Source of the DNA: Candidatus Cloacimonadales bacterium
GTDB taxonomy: Bacteria; Cloacimonadota; Cloacimonadia; Cloacimonadales; JAIOQZ01
Direction: 5' to 3'
Length of the DNA: 64,000 nt
Assembly: GCA_963674825.1 (NCBI GenBank)
Contig: OY771587.1
Location: forward strand, 2,400,001 to 2,464,000
The first letter of the stretch is position 1; every line of letters starts with the position of its first letter. Shown here in pieces: positions 32,088-42,961 of this stretch. Position numbers and translations under genes: made by a program. The notes below the pieces were generated by a model, which saw only the letters and a list, made by a program, of their open reading frames with translations, made no database searches and had not been told where the DNA came from.

Positions 32088-32746
32088 AACGCTCCGTGTC
32101 GGACGATCTTACCATTTACCATGTAGATGGTGTCTTCGGCGATATTGGTCGCCAGATCTCCGATGCGCTCGAAGTATCTGAAGATATTGATGTAGCGTAG
32201 CAGAACACCGATGTAGGTCGGGCTCTTTGTCATCTCGTTCTTCAGATAGCTGATCATGCTGCGTACCATATCGTCCAGTTGATCGTCCATCTTACAGACT
32301 TCCGCTGCAAGCTTTTCGTCCTGGTTGAACATCGCGTCCAGGCTCATACGCACCATTTCCAGGGATTTGGATGAAATCTCTTCGAAGGTGAAGTGCGGAT
32401 TGAGCTCCGGCTTTGGATATTCGCTCATGAAGATCGCGTTTTTCGACAGGTTGACCGCCATATCGCCCATACGCTCGAGGTCATTGTTGATCTTGAGCAT
32501 GCCGACAATGAGGCGAAGGTCGTTCGCCACCGGCTGATAAAGCGCAAACATCTTGAGGCAATCTTCTTCGATCTCCACTTCGCGTCGATCGATTTCGTTA
32601 TCTTTGTGAATTATCTCCTGTGCAAGCTCGCTGTCGCGCGTTTCGATAGCCTTTGTGGCTTCTTTCAGCATCGATTCTACTGACATTGCCAGGGACATGA
32701 TATTTTTCTTTAGGTCCTCGATTTCTCTCCAAAGGTGAATCATCAT
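32084..32746 (-). CDS. phoU: Phosphate signalling protein PhoU
   Basis: QPVANDLR, DLERMGD, DDQLD, ERIGDLATNIAE. Confidence 0.97.
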   Translation of the reverse strand: MMIHLWREIEDLKKNIMSLAMSVESMLKEATKAIETRDSELAQEIIHKDNEIDRREVEIEEDCLKMFALYQPVANDLRLIVGMLKINNDLERMGDMAVNLSKNAIFMSEYPKPELNPHFTFEEISSKSLEMVRMSLDAMFNQDEKLAAEVCKMDDQLDDMVRSMISYLKNEMTKSPTYIGVLLRYINIFRYFERIGDLATNIAEDTIYMVNGKIVRHGAF

Positions 32747-32757
32747 TACTCCCTTAT

Positions 32758-33579
32758 TTATCCGAAACGACCCGTAATATAGTCTTCCGTCTTCTGTTTT
32801 CTCGGTTTTCTGAATAGCAACGACGTATCGGAGAATTCGATCAGGTCGCCCTCGTAAAAGAAGGCTGTATAATCGGAAACCCTGGCAGCCTGCTGCATGT
32901 TGTGGGTCACGATGATAATCGTGTAGTTGTGGACCAGCTCGTCAATCAAATCTTCGATCTTGAGCGTTGCTTGCGGATCGAGCGCTGAGGTGGGTTCGTC
33001 CATCAGCAGGATTTCGGGATTCGCGGCAAGCGCCCGTGCGATGCAGAGTCGCTGCTGCTGTCCGCCGGAAAGGCCCAGCGCGTTCTTGTCGAGGCGGTCT
33101 TTTACTTCGTCCCAAATCGCTGCCTTGCGCAGGCAGGTCTCAACGACTTCATCGAGTTTCTTCTTGTTTCGTACACCCTGAAGGCGCTGACTGAAGATGA
33201 TGTTCTCGTAGATCGATTTCGGGAAAGGATTCGGTTTCTGGAAAACCATTCCGATACGCTTCCGAAGGGTAACCACGTCGATGCGCGGATCGTGGATGTC
33301 CTGATCTTCGAAGACCATCTTGCCTTTATTGTGGCAAATGGGAATGAGATCGTTCATGCGGTTCAGTGCTCGAAGATAGGTACTTTTACCGCAGCCACTG
33401 GGGCCGATGATCGCGGTGACCTTCTTCTGCGGGACGTTCATGGAGACCTTCTTCACGGCCTCGTGGTTTCCGTAAAAGATCGAGAAATCTTCCGAATATA
33501 TATGAGCCTGCTCCCTTGGGATCAGGGTTCCCTCGATCGCGGGGTATGTTTTCCCGTTTTCGGTGGTGATGATGTTCAT
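32758..33579 (-). CDS. pstB: Phosphate ABC transporter ATPase
   Basis: [42 protein letters not shown]. Confidence 0.98.
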   Translation of the reverse strand: MNIITTENGKTYPAIEGTLIPREQAHIYSEDFSIFYGNHEAVKKVSMNVPQKKVTAIIGPSGCGKSTYLRALNRMNDLIPICHNKGKMVFEDQDIHDPRIDVVTLRKRIGMVFQKPNPFPKSIYENIIFSQRLQGVRNKKKLDEVVETCLRKAAIWDEVKDRLDKNALGLSGGQQQRLCIARALAANPEILLMDEPTSALDPQATLKIEDLIDELVHNYTIIIVTHNMQQAARVSDYTAFFYEGDLIEFSDTSLLFRKPRKQKTEDYITGRFG

Positions 33580-33583
33580 TTCA

Positions 33584-34945
33584 TTAACCTCGCAGTTTCT
33601 TTGAAATACGCGCCCTGAGGATAATAGCGAAAAGATTCAGAGTTAGAACCAGCAATATCAGGGTGAGAACCATTCCATATTGTACGTGGCGAATCTCGTC
33701 CACAGCTTCGTGTTCCGTCGCCAGATTGTAGATATTCCAGGAAAGCGCTGGTGTACCGTTGTTGAAGACTTCAAAGAGCTTCAATGGTTTACCGACGCTG
33801 ACCGCTGCCGTGAAAATAATCGGCGCGGTTTCACCCGCCGCACGGCCCATGCTGATCACGATACCGGTGAGAATTCCGGGAAGCGCTGCTGGCAAAATCA
33901 CTTTGAGCACAGTTCCCCACTTGGTAGCGCCCAAGCTTAGCGCGGCTTCCTTGTAGGTATGCGGTACGGACCGGATCGCTTCTTCCGCTGCGCGGATAAT
34001 GGTCGGAAGGATCAGAATCGCCAGGGTCATCGATCCGGCAAGCACGCTTTTATTGCTGGAAACGTGCATTGTGTTGATGAAAAATGCCAGTCCGAACAGG
34101 CCGAACACGATGCTGGGTACGCCGGCAAGCGTACTGATACAGGTTCGGAGCAGGCTAACGAACTTACCTTCTTTGGCAAACTCTGCCAGGAAAATTGCTA
34201 CGATGATTCCCAACGGCACGGCAAAGAGCATTGAACCAAGTGTCAGGTAAAATGTACCGAGCACCTCGGGCCAGATTCCGCCAAAGAAATGGGAATCACG
34301 CGATTCGTCGAACAGAAAACGCCAGTAACAAGTCAAACGCGGATTGAGGATGTCCTTGATGATGGTCTCGAACCAGGGAAAAAATTCTTCCATGGACGTA
34401 CCCTTGAAGTCATCCGTGCGCGAAACCTGTCGCAGACGTCCTTCTTCGTTTCCACTTTCGCCATAATACCACTCTTCGCGGTTCATGACAAGGCCAACCA
34501 GCAACTTGGTGCGCCCATCCCATCGGGTCCTGCCGTAATTGTCGCTGGGCAATACGGAATGGGGTTCGGTGCCGGGCTGAGGGCCGAGTAATTTATAGAG
34601 ATTTTCTTCGATCTCTTCCAGGTCATTATTGAAATCCCGACGCTCCGCGTAGGAGTACTCGGGCAGTTCGTTTTCCCGGAAGTAGGCAATTTTATCATAG
34701 ATCGGCTTTGCCATCTTCCGGCTACGCTCCACTTCCTCGTGGATTTTTGCAGCGTTACCTCTTCCAAAGGTGTCCAGCTGGAACCTGCGAAACTCTACGG
34801 TTCCCTGGAAGAAGAACGCGCTGGAACCCTTGATGAATATCGGAACCAGAAGCACCAGCAGCGCAAGCGCCATAAAGAAAATTGATATGAAGCCGAAGCC
34901 TGTGAAGGAGCGATCTAGAATCTTGCGTGTTCTCAGATGTGCCAT
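33584..34945 (-). CDS. pstA: Phosphate ABC transporter permease PstA (long periplasmic insertion)
   Basis: [31 protein letters not shown]; 453 aa. Confidence 0.95.
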   Translation of the reverse strand: MAHLRTRKILDRSFTGFGFISIFFMALALLVLLVPIFIKGSSAFFFQGTVEFRRFQLDTFGRGNAAKIHEEVERSRKMAKPIYDKIAYFRENELPEYSYAERRDFNNDLEEIEENLYKLLGPQPGTEPHSVLPSDNYGRTRWDGRTKLLVGLVMNREEWYYGESGNEEGRLRQVSRTDDFKGTSMEEFFPWFETIIKDILNPRLTCYWRFLFDESRDSHFFGGIWPEVLGTFYLTLGSMLFAVPLGIIVAIFLAEFAKEGKFVSLLRTCISTLAGVPSIVFGLFGLAFFINTMHVSSNKSVLAGSMTLAILILPTIIRAAEEAIRSVPHTYKEAALSLGATKWGTVLKVILPAALPGILTGIVISMGRAAGETAPIIFTAAVSVGKPLKLFEVFNNGTPALSWNIYNLATEHEAVDEIRHVQYGMVLTLILLVLTLNLFAIILRARISKKLRG

Positions 34946-34946
34946 G

Positions 34947-36104
34947 TCAGCTCCCCTTCAGTTTCTTGCGGGAGCGTACGACGATCCATTCGCTGACCAG
35001 GTTGCTTACAAACGAGAATACGAGCAGGCAAAGACCCATCGCGAAGAGAACGTGGAATCTGGCGGAACCGGTCGATTGATCGGCCTCACCCATGTCTCCT
35101 GCGATGGTCGCTGTCAGGGTACGGATGGGCTCAAACAGGTTGTAGAACGGCTCGGGAATCTGTGCCGCGTTTCCGGACGCCATCCAAACCACCATGGTTT
35201 CGCCAAGCGCACGCATCGTTCCAAGGATGACAGCCGCGATGATGCCACTGCTTGCCGCAGGGAGCACCACCTTCAGCAGAGTTTCCGCACGGGTCGCTCC
35301 GAGTGCATAGCTGCCTTCCCGGAGATCGCGACCAACCGCCTGAAGTGCGTCTTCGGAAACACTGACGATTGTGGGCAATGCCATGATGCCGAGGATCACT
35401 GAAACGTTCAGAGCGTTAGTTCCACTGGAAATCTGGATTGCGCTGGCTTTGGAACTCAGATAATAAAGAATCCCGATTACTACAATTTCAAATAACGCAA
35501 GCACAGTAAGGTAAATTGATTTCTTAAGGCCGTATTTCGTTTGCACAATATCCGAAACCATGAAAACAACGATGGTCAGGATGGGCAACCCTACTGCCCA
35601 GATGGCCACTGCGAGGAAGTTTCCGCCGTGGTTCTGGAGCATCGGCGCGAAAATCACCAGCGCGAAGAATCCGTAAACGACCGACGGGATTGCAGCCAGA
35701 ATTTCAATCACTGGCTTGACCATCTGCCGGATATTGAACGGCATCACGTCGCTGAGGGAGATTGCTGCCGCCACACCCAGCGGCACGCTGACAATCACTG
35801 CTCCAAGCGTCACAATGGCCGATCCGAAAAAGATCGCCAGTGCTCCGAATTTGCCGGGATCATGCGATGGATACCAGGCTGTGCTGGTAAAAAACTCTTT
35901 GAAGCCCTCGATTTGGAAGAACGGTATGGCATCCCGTGCGATTACATAGATAATAAAAAAGAGGGTGAGCATCGTCACGGATGCGACCACAAAAAGAAAT
36001 CCATGAGCGAGGTTAGAGGCCAACCTGCGAAGCAGGCTGGCTCTCTCGCTCATTAAAAGGGAGCTTTTTGTACCGTTCTGGGATGGTACGGTTTTATTCT
36101 CCAT
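34947..36104 (-). CDS. pstC: Phosphate ABC transporter permease PstC
   Basis: LAAIPSVVYG, SEDAL, RALGETM, RTLTATIA. Confidence 0.95.
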   Translation of the reverse strand: MENKTVPSQNGTKSSLLMSERASLLRRLASNLAHGFLFVVASVTMLTLFFIIYVIARDAIPFFQIEGFKEFFTSTAWYPSHDPGKFGALAIFFGSAIVTLGAVIVSVPLGVAAAISLSDVMPFNIRQMVKPVIEILAAIPSVVYGFFALVIFAPMLQNHGGNFLAVAIWAVGLPILTIVVFMVSDIVQTKYGLKKSIYLTVLALFEIVVIGILYYLSSKASAIQISSGTNALNVSVILGIMALPTIVSVSEDALQAVGRDLREGSYALGATRAETLLKVVLPAASSGIIAAVILGTMRALGETMVVWMASGNAAQIPEPFYNLFEPIRTLTATIAGDMGEADQSTGSARFHVLFAMGLCLLVFSFVSNLVSEWIVVRSRKKLKGS

Positions 36105-36128
36105 GATTCTCTTCAGAGTATCTCGGGG

Positions 36129-36953
36129 TTATTTATAGGATGTGACCGGAATATAGCCGATCGACTCGATCATTTTCTGTCCTTCTTCGGTCAGATAGAT
36201 ATTTATAAACTTGTAGACCCATGAGCCCATCTTGGGGTAGCCGTTGGTGAACATGAAAAGCGGGCGAGCGATTGGGTAGTCGCCGAGAGCAATGGTCTTT
36301 GCGGAAACTTCGATTCCGTTGACGGTAAGAGCCTTGACGGTGCGATCGACGAAGCCGAGTCCAACGTATCCGATTGCGCCTTTGGTGCTCTGTACGCGCT
36401 GACGAGCCTGACCGTTACTTCCTACGTATTCTGCGCCATCCGCGATCTTTTCTTTCTTCATAACAAGGCCTTCAAATGTTTCGTAGGTACCGCTGTTGGT
36501 GTCACGGCTGATCACAACGATATCGACGTTCGGACCACCGAGGTCTTTCCAGTTCTTGATCTTGCCCATGTAGATGTCGCGAATCTGATCGATCGTCAAG
36601 TTCTTTACAGGATTACTGGGATGTACAATCATAGCGATGCCGTCGAGTGCGACAACGTGAGCTACCGGAGTAACGCCTTTCTCAACGCAGCTGGCAAATT
36701 CTTTGTCTTTCATGAAGCGGGACATATTTGCGATATCGCAGGTGCTGTTCATAAGGCTCTTTGCGCCGTTACCACTACCGGATTCGCTGACTTCGACGTT
36801 CACTTCGGGATACATTTTCATGTAATATTCGGCAAAAGCTTTCGCGATCGGGCCGACTGTTGTGGAACCATCAAGCTTAATGCTTTCTTTTGCGGACAGA
36901 GAGAAAATCGCGAGCATCACAAGGATCGCAATCATCAAACCTTTCGAATTCAT
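36129..36953 (-). CDS. pstS: Phosphate-binding protein PstS
   Basis: DGSTTV, SGSGNG, SRDTNSGT, YPIARPL; signal peptide. Confidence 0.95.
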   Translation of the reverse strand: MNSKGLMIAILVMLAIFSLSAKESIKLDGSTTVGPIAKAFAEYYMKMYPEVNVEVSESGSGNGAKSLMNSTCDIANMSRFMKDKEFASCVEKGVTPVAHVVALDGIAMIVHPSNPVKNLTIDQIRDIYMGKIKNWKDLGGPNVDIVVISRDTNSGTYETFEGLVMKKEKIADGAEYVGSNGQARQRVQSTKGAIGYVGLGFVDRTVKALTVNGIEVSAKTIALGDYPIARPLFMFTNGYPKMGSWVYKFINIYLTEEGQKMIESIGYIPVTSYK

Positions 36954-37021
36954 TTTTCCTCCGAATCATCTGTTTTTTTGTGTAGAAATTTTACACACAG
37001 ATACGCTTGCAGGGTGAATTC

Positions 37022-37053
37022 AGTATAAGGTTGACGTTAACACAAAACTAACA
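37022..37053 (-). promoter_or_regulatory. Pho box plus -10 element of pstS
   Basis: Minus strand reads TGTTAG-N5-TGTTAA-N9-TATACT, i.e. a Pho box in place of the -35. Confidence 0.8.
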
Positions 37054-37095
37054 ATAGGCAGTAGCGTAACTTTAGGACTCAAATGAGTTTAAGTA

Positions 37096-37140
37096 ACCAT
37101 TCCAGCCCTTCCCCGGCAAAGGAGAAGGGCTGGAGATGGT
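37096..37140 (-). terminator. Strong hairpin/terminator after the C25 gene
   Basis: tccagcccttc / gaagggctgga inverted repeat right after the stop; weak U-tail. Confidence 0.6.
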
Positions 37141-37143
37141 ATA

Positions 37144-40100
37144 TTATTTCAGCAGCAACATTTTGCGGATCTGTTCTTTGCCATCTGCCGTCATGCGGCT
37201 GAAGTAGATACCGCTTGCAACCGGCTTGCCGGCGTCGTTATAAGAATTCCAAACGATTTGATGCTGGCCTGCATCGAAGCGATCACTCACCAGACGTTTG
37301 ACACGCTGTCCGCGAATGTTGTAGATATCGATTGTAACGAGCGAAGTATTTTTGATCGAGAAGGGGATGATCGTCTCTGGATTAAACGGATTGGGGAAGT
37401 TCTGCCCGAGAGCTGTCACATATACCGGAACATCGTTATTCGGATTTTCGAGAACACCGGAATAGACCTGGGCGGTGTTTCCGAATGCGCTTTCGCTGCT
37501 ATCGGTTGCTCGCGTCACTACATAGTAATTGTAGTGGTAGGGTACAGGACTGTCGTCAGTAAACGTAGTACCAGTAGCCGATTCAATCAGCTGATAGGGC
37601 TGCTCGAGGTCGGAGCGGCGATAGATATTATAGTGAGTGCCTTCCGATTCAGATTCATCCCATGAAAGCTGGATATTCTGATTGCCCATATAAGCAGCCG
37701 AGAGGTTTTCCGGTGGAAGAAGCGCGGCATCCATCTCGGTGATGGCGATATTATCGATGTACCAGCCTTCGTATGTGGTACCGACATCGGTACCGAAGAC
37801 GAAGCGGAATTTGACTGTCTCGCCCAAACCACTAAGGTCGAAGTACGCTGTCTCCCAATTGATATTGCCAGAATAGAATGGTGTTTCATAGTCAAACTGA
37901 GAGGACGTACCGCGAGAGAGATATGGGTATCCACCAACAGGGTCGATCTGCGTCCATACACCGTCGATGAGAACCTGGATAAAACCACCGTCGTAAGCGA
38001 ATCCAGGATAGCTCGACGCAGATTCCGCTTCCATCCAGTGACGGAAAGTCAGGCAGCAGTTATCGGTTATGTTCATCTCAGGAGATTCGAGTGCGCAAAG
38101 CGAATCATCGTAGTAATCGTTCGGTCCAGGGCCTCCGCACTTCCAGGAAGTCACCGGTGAGAAACAGCGGCTGGTGTTCAATCCCCACATGTCGTAATTT
38201 TCGTTCATGACATAATGTGTCCAGTCACCGGCACCAAGCTCCACATTATCGAAGAAGCCGACGTTGAAGTTATACTGGCTCAGGGAATAGACACCAATCG
38301 CATCAGATAGAGTCACGTTTACGCGGAAGTGGTTGATTTCGGGGCAATCCTCACTCACCGTAAACTGGAAGCAAGATTCCAGTTCCGTGCTTTGGTTGGG
38401 AGCCAGAAGCTCAATCTCGATCCCACTTTCGTTGATTGTGATGTATTCGTCGCTGCATGCGAGCAAGCCTTCCACTGTGTAGCCTGGAAGTGAGCCGGTG
38501 TTGGTTACCATCATGCTGAATGAGCCGCTCTCACCGGGTTCGAGCATACCATCACCGGATGCGTCAATGAGGTTGAAGCTTTCGATGGAGAATTCCGGTG
38601 CTCGGCAGGTGAAGCTGAACTCGCGTTCGAACACATCTTCGCCGCAAGTAATTTCAATACCGAACTCGATCTCTTCATCATCCGGGCAATAAGGATCTAC
38701 CTTAATCACGAATGGCTGAGCATTGTTTTGCACTCCACCGCTTACGATCTCCGGATAATCGGATGTTCCTTGAAGAATCGTCACATGCTGGTTCTCGGAT
38801 GAGATAACGGTCGCTACATCGCTTGCTGTCTGCGTGCCGGTATTTTCCACACCGACATAGAACTCGATCTGGGTACCGCAATCGATGAGATCGTCCATGT
38901 TGGAATCGATGACATCAACGTCACTCACACGCAGGAAAATATCCTGAGCTCCAGCGAAACGTGTTGTGAAAAGGATTGCTGAGTGATCGGTAATCGTCTT
39001 CGCTCCAGGATAATAGATATTATTATAGGTATATTCGAGACCGTCGTCAGAGTCATGGTTTTCGAGCCCGACAGTACAATAATTGCCGTGCTCGGGCCAG
39101 TAGGAACTCGAACTTCCCTGATTCACATTGTTGAAATCGTTGTACTGGATCTTGATCATACCATCGCCGGTGGATGTGGGATAGTATTCAGGATCGTAGA
39201 GGATGATCTCGAATGTTTCGTAGGAGCTATTGTAACGATTCCTGCATTCGGACCATTCGATAACGTAGTAATGCTCGTTGCTGTTGAACCATGTATAGAT
39301 GCCTTCACCATAGTAGGTCATAAGGTCGTCCCAAAAGGCTGCAACCATCGCGCGCGGACCAAGCGGGCCGGGCACATGCCAGTTACGGAAGGTGGACATC
39401 TGAGTCTCGATAAACGAAATCCAGCCGTTGCTGCTGATACTGATTGAGCTGTAGATTTCGCCATAGAACTTGAAATTGAATGGGAGATCGAAGCTATCTA
39501 CGTCGTCATTGTTTTCGCCGGCATCAGAAAGGCCGGTGTTGGTTCCCGATCCCCCATCGCTTGGATTGATTTCAATCCATTCGTAAGTTGGGAACTCTTC
39601 ATAATTTACATCGCCTTCATCGAAGCAGAAATATCCGTAATTATCCGGTCCGAGGGGATCGGTTATCGTTTTCGTTCCGATGGTAAAGCTGATAATCTCG
39701 CTTTCGGAGTATCCATCCTCGTTCCAGATATCGAGCTGGAATTTCGCTGTCATTCCGGGAACGGAAATAGAGACGGCATTGATTGTGAATTTATCCGTAA
39801 GACAGGTTGCAGACTGTCCGATAGCGATATCGCCGAAGGTCGCGGTCGAATCGCTGACTCCAACGAATGCCATCAGTGGGGTAAGACGAGCCTTGACAGC
39901 CGTGAGATCTACGTTGCCGTTATTGGCCAGTGTAATGCTAAGATCGGCACTTTCGCCGGGGTCCAGCACATCGTTACCGCTGATGTCGTAATCGATGACA
40001 TCCAGATCGCTGCCCTGTACGATGAGCTCGTAATGGCATTGCCAGTTGCCGAGTGACGTTGCGACATTCAGTTCAAGGTCGATAACGTGATGATCCGGGC

Positions 40101-42360
40101 AGTCGAGCCCGATGGCGATTTCAAAATCGTCGAGACAGGTTCCTGCTCCGTTGCTCTCAATGTTGCTAAAAGTTTCCTGATTGTCGATCACGGTAACATA
40201 CGGATCTTCGCAGATCAATGTCGCGGTAATGTTTTCGGCGGTTTCGCCGAGATAGTTCATCAGGATAGGCAGGAGTTCGAGTGTTTCACCGGAGTTGGGG
40301 TCGCCGTTGCCATTACCCTGCGAGTCATTTTGGTTATCATCGTCGATCGTGAGGTCGTATATACCGACCATCTCACTACTTCCGATGTTGAACGATTCAA
40401 TAACGGGAATGTGCTGCGGTTTGGTTGCCGTGACATCGATGGTGCCATCAGCGGTTGGATCGAAATAGAGCCGCACGTAGCCAGACGCATCGGTGTAGCC
40501 TGTTGCGAAAAGTGTTTCGTTATCACTTGCATCGGTTTGGCGGATGGTGACCCAAACATCTTCCACACCGCTTCCGCTACCATCCACAGCCTGGATTTGA
40601 ATGGAATTGCTACCGGTAGGAAGCTCGGAATCATAGTTGAGACTGAACTGTTTCGGCGTGGCTTTCCAAACATCGAGTGACGGATCGCCCATCTGATTAC
40701 ACCAGTGCGAGAAGCTATTCACGAAGGTCTGGAAGCTTCCGGAATATGACTTGTGCAGGTTGACTTTTCCTCTGACAAGCGCTTCACCCATCGTGTTCAT
40801 TCCCTGCATGTAAAGACCGTACCAGATACCCCCGTGGAGGCAGTTATTGAACATGGTGTGCGTACCGTTTGTCGCCATGCCGATCGCACTGATAGCACCC
40901 TTGGGAGAGGCGGAAGTACCACAGCGCAGCAGGGCTTCGGTACGGCTCTCATAGCTGCCGTTAAAAGTCCCTGTATTACAGGTGATGATGGATGTATTGG
41001 CGAGATGCAAGCCGTTATCGAGGTTGTTGATATCGGTAGTATCCCAGCCGTTGAGTTCACCGATACCACGATAACTGAACACCACACAGCCTTCATTGTA
41101 AGCGTTACTGAGAAGCGAAGGATTCGGGCTGTTCTGGTGGACGACGGTGAAAGTATGGTCCGGATCGTACCAGAGGATCGATTCGCGAACAAATTCATTT
41201 GTGTAATAGGTTGAGATTCCTGAGGATGCCGTATCGCTGATCATGGCTGAATGGTTATACCAGCCCATATCGGTAGTGAATGGCATAATCTCATAGTTGA
41301 CGATCTTGCTCCAAATTGTGAGCAGGTCGTCCGTAGAGCCCACAGAAATACGTCCAACGAAAGCATCAGGGATTAGATCTCCGCCAACGAGTGTAGCATA
41401 TGGGTTATCGCCGCAGCCCTGATAACCGGAGTATGTCTCGGTCCAGGTGGGAACATTGAGCGAGCCACTTGTGTCGCCAACAATGATCAGGTACTCGGGG
41501 GGATTCTCCCACGTGTCGTAGGCATCTTGTATGTAGTTCTTGATATTCGTATTACTTGCGTAGCTGAGGTCGTCAGTGTTAAGGTAATTTACTTCGAATC
41601 CTTTCATCCGCTTCCAGTCGCCAAGATTGTGTGCAAAGTCAATCGCGCTGGTGACATCGGGATGGATGATCAGGATCGAACGGGCCTGATATTCTACTTC
41701 GTCGCGCTCGTAATTAATGAACAGGGAGCTATAAAGCGTCTCGAAGCTGCGGGAACGTTTATGGTTTCCGCGTATCTCGTTGATGCCCTCAGTTCCGTCG
41801 GTGACAACCTCAACATCGATATTGCTGCGAGTAACAAGCTCCTGGGTGGTGGGGTTGTAAGCATAGGGGTAGATCGTGAGAATCACAAAACGTTCATCGC
41901 GAAGCACTTCCGGATCGCTTAGTTCAGCTACGTTCGCCGGATAAAGGCCGCTGATTTTATAGTTCAGGCTGGCGTGACGGGTCTGGTTTCCGCTTATATC
42001 GACACCTGTTGCGGCTGGGATGCGAACACCGGCTGTGGTTTGGATGTCATATCCGTTTACACGCAGGGTGACACCTCCGGTAGCCGGAACCGACAGCATC
42101 GTCGTATAATACGGCAATGCCGGCATACCATCATCTATAATCATGCTGACATTTTCACCGGTGAGAAGCTGGGCAGCTTCGCCTGAGACCGATATCTCGT
42201 TCAGCTCGCACTGCGGCTGTTCGAAGCGCAACGAAACGTGTCCCTCGTTCTGCTGAGTAATATCAAAGAGTTGGAACTCGGCAGGCCTGATTTCCGATTG
42301 GATTGAGAACAGTACGCTACTCAGTAACAGCAGCATTAGCGCATAGAATAAATTCTTCAT
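37144..42360 (-). CDS. Secreted gingipain-like (peptidase C25) multidomain protein with propeptide and C-terminal FlgD-Ig/T9SS-like domain
   Basis: Propeptide 'GMPALP...YPYAYNP'; C25 motifs 'WKRMKGF', 'PEYLIIVGD', 'DNPYA', 'VGRIS', 'ITCNTG', 'GDPS'; end 'NFPNPFNPET...ASGIYF...RKMLLLK'. Confidence 0.9.
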   Translation of the reverse strand: MKNLFYALMLLLLSSVLFSIQSEIRPAEFQLFDITQQNEGHVSLRFEQPQCELNEISVSGEAAQLLTGENVSMIIDDGMPALPYYTTMLSVPATGGVTLRVNGYDIQTTAGVRIPAATGVDISGNQTRHASLNYKISGLYPANVAELSDPEVLRDERFVILTIYPYAYNPTTQELVTRSNIDVEVVTDGTEGINEIRGNHKRSRSFETLYSSLFINYERDEVEYQARSILIIHPDVTSAIDFAHNLGDWKRMKGFEVNYLNTDDLSYASNTNIKNYIQDAYDTWENPPEYLIIVGDTSGSLNVPTWTETYSGYQGCGDNPYATLVGGDLIPDAFVGRISVGSTDDLLTIWSKIVNYEIMPFTTDMGWYNHSAMISDTASSGISTYYTNEFVRESILWYDPDHTFTVVHQNSPNPSLLSNAYNEGCVVFSYRGIGELNGWDTTDINNLDNGLHLANTSIITCNTGTFNGSYESRTEALLRCGTSASPKGAISAIGMATNGTHTMFNNCLHGGIWYGLYMQGMNTMGEALVRGKVNLHKSYSGSFQTFVNSFSHWCNQMGDPSLDVWKATPKQFSLNYDSELPTGSNSIQIQAVDGSGSGVEDVWVTIRQTDASDNETLFATGYTDASGYVRLYFDPTADGTIDVTATKPQHIPVIESFNIGSSEMVGIYDLTIDDDNQNDSQGNGNGDPNSGETLELLPILMNYLGETAENITATLICEDPYVTVIDNQETFSNIESNGAGTCLDDFEIAIGLDCPDHHVIDLELNVATSLGNWQCHYELIVQGSDLDVIDYDISGNDVLDPGESADLSITLANNGNVDLTAVKARLTPLMAFVGVSDSTATFGDIAIGQSATCLTDKFTINAVSISVPGMTAKFQLDIWNEDGYSESEIISFTIGTKTITDPLGPDNYGYFCFDEGDVNYEEFPTYEWIEINPSDGGSGTNTGLSDAGENNDDVDSFDLPFNFKFYGEIYSSISISSNGWISFIETQMSTFRNWHVPGPLGPRAMVAAFWDDLMTYYGEGIYTWFNSNEHYYVIEWSECRNRYNSSYETFEIILYDPEYYPTSTGDGMIKIQYNDFNNVNQGSSSSYWPEHGNYCTVGLENHDSDDGLEYTYNNIYYPGAKTITDHSAILFTTRFAGAQDIFLRVSDVDVIDSNMDDLIDCGTQIEFYVGVENTGTQTASDVATVISSENQHVTILQGTSDYPEIVSGGVQNNAQPFVIKVDPYCPDDEEIEFGIEITCGEDVFEREFSFTCRAPEFSIESFNLIDASGDGMLEPGESGSFSMMVTNTGSLPGYTVEGLLACSDEYITINESGIEIELLAPNQSTELESCFQFTVSEDCPEINHFRVNVTLSDAIGVYSLSQYNFNVGFFDNVELGAGDWTHYVMNENYDMWGLNTSRCFSPVTSWKCGGPGPNDYYDDSLCALESPEMNITDNCCLTFRHWMEAESASSYPGFAYDGGFIQVLIDGVWTQIDPVGGYPYLSRGTSSQFDYETPFYSGNINWETAYFDLSGLGETVKFRFVFGTDVGTTYEGWYIDNIAITEMDAALLPPENLSAAYMGNQNIQLSWDESESEGTHYNIYRRSDLEQPYQLIESATGTTFTDDSPVPYHYNYYVVTRATDSSESAFGNTAQVYSGVLENPNNDVPVYVTALGQNFPNPFNPETIIPFSIKNTSLVTIDIYNIRGQRVKRLVSDRFDAGQHQIVWNSYNDAGKPVASGIYFSRMTADGKEQIRKMLLLK

Positions 42361-42415
42361 AGTCTCTCCCTGTAAATCCGTAAGAATTTTTCTCAGATAA
42401 AATCAACAAGCAAGA

Positions 42416-42431
42416 TGCAATTAATGAACCA
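42416..42431 (-). promoter_or_regulatory. Candidate sigma-54 promoter of the C25 gene
   Basis: TGGTTC-ATTAA-TTGCA (GG-N10-GC), 55 nt upstream of the ATG. Confidence 0.45.
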
Positions 42432-42577
42432 AAACTATTCTGAAATGCATCAACCCTTCATGGGCGTTTATGAATGATTCGATTGCAATGGGGAATGCAT
42501 CCACATGATTGAGGAACAAGGAGCCAGGGATTCCAGCAAGCGCGAAACGAAGTGATGAGCTTTGGCCCATTGGTAGA

Positions 42578-42606
42578 TAAAAAAAACCGGCCCATTGCGA
42601 GCCGGT
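42578..42606 (-). terminator. Rho-independent terminator
   Basis: accggctc-gcaat-gggccggt followed by a T run on the minus strand. Confidence 0.8.
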
Positions 42607-42628
42607 GTAAAGCTATTATTCGATTCGA

Positions 42629-42889
42629 CTATTCGTATTTGAAGTCCATGTGTTTGACGGAGATACCTTCGATAGCGTTGAGTTCGTTTTCGAGACTGTC
42701 CCAGATCGACTTTTCGCCGACCAGTTCGAGAATGAGAAGGCCGGTGCGGCTGCAGAAGGTTTCGCTGGTTTCGTGCAGTCCGAGACGTGTTTTAATGTTA
42801 CATCCGTATTTGGTGAGGATTTCCTGCGCTTTGGTTGCTTCAACGAGGCGATTCGTGACCAGAACGCCCATGATGCGGATTTCTTCCAT
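42629..42889 (-). CDS. TM1266-like 'iron-only hydrogenase system regulator' (NikR C-terminal-like fold)
   Basis: 'IMGVLVTNR...QEILTKYGCNIKTRLGLHE...GLLILEL'; GGAG RBS. Confidence 0.75.
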   Translation of the reverse strand: MEEIRIMGVLVTNRLVEATKAQEILTKYGCNIKTRLGLHETSETFCSRTGLLILELVGEKSIWDSLENELNAIEGISVKHMDFKYE

Positions 42890-42961
42890 AACTCACTCCT
42901 TCGTGTGTTTGACTGGACAATGCAAACAAATCTTTCTATGTCAACAACTTTCTCGCAAAAT

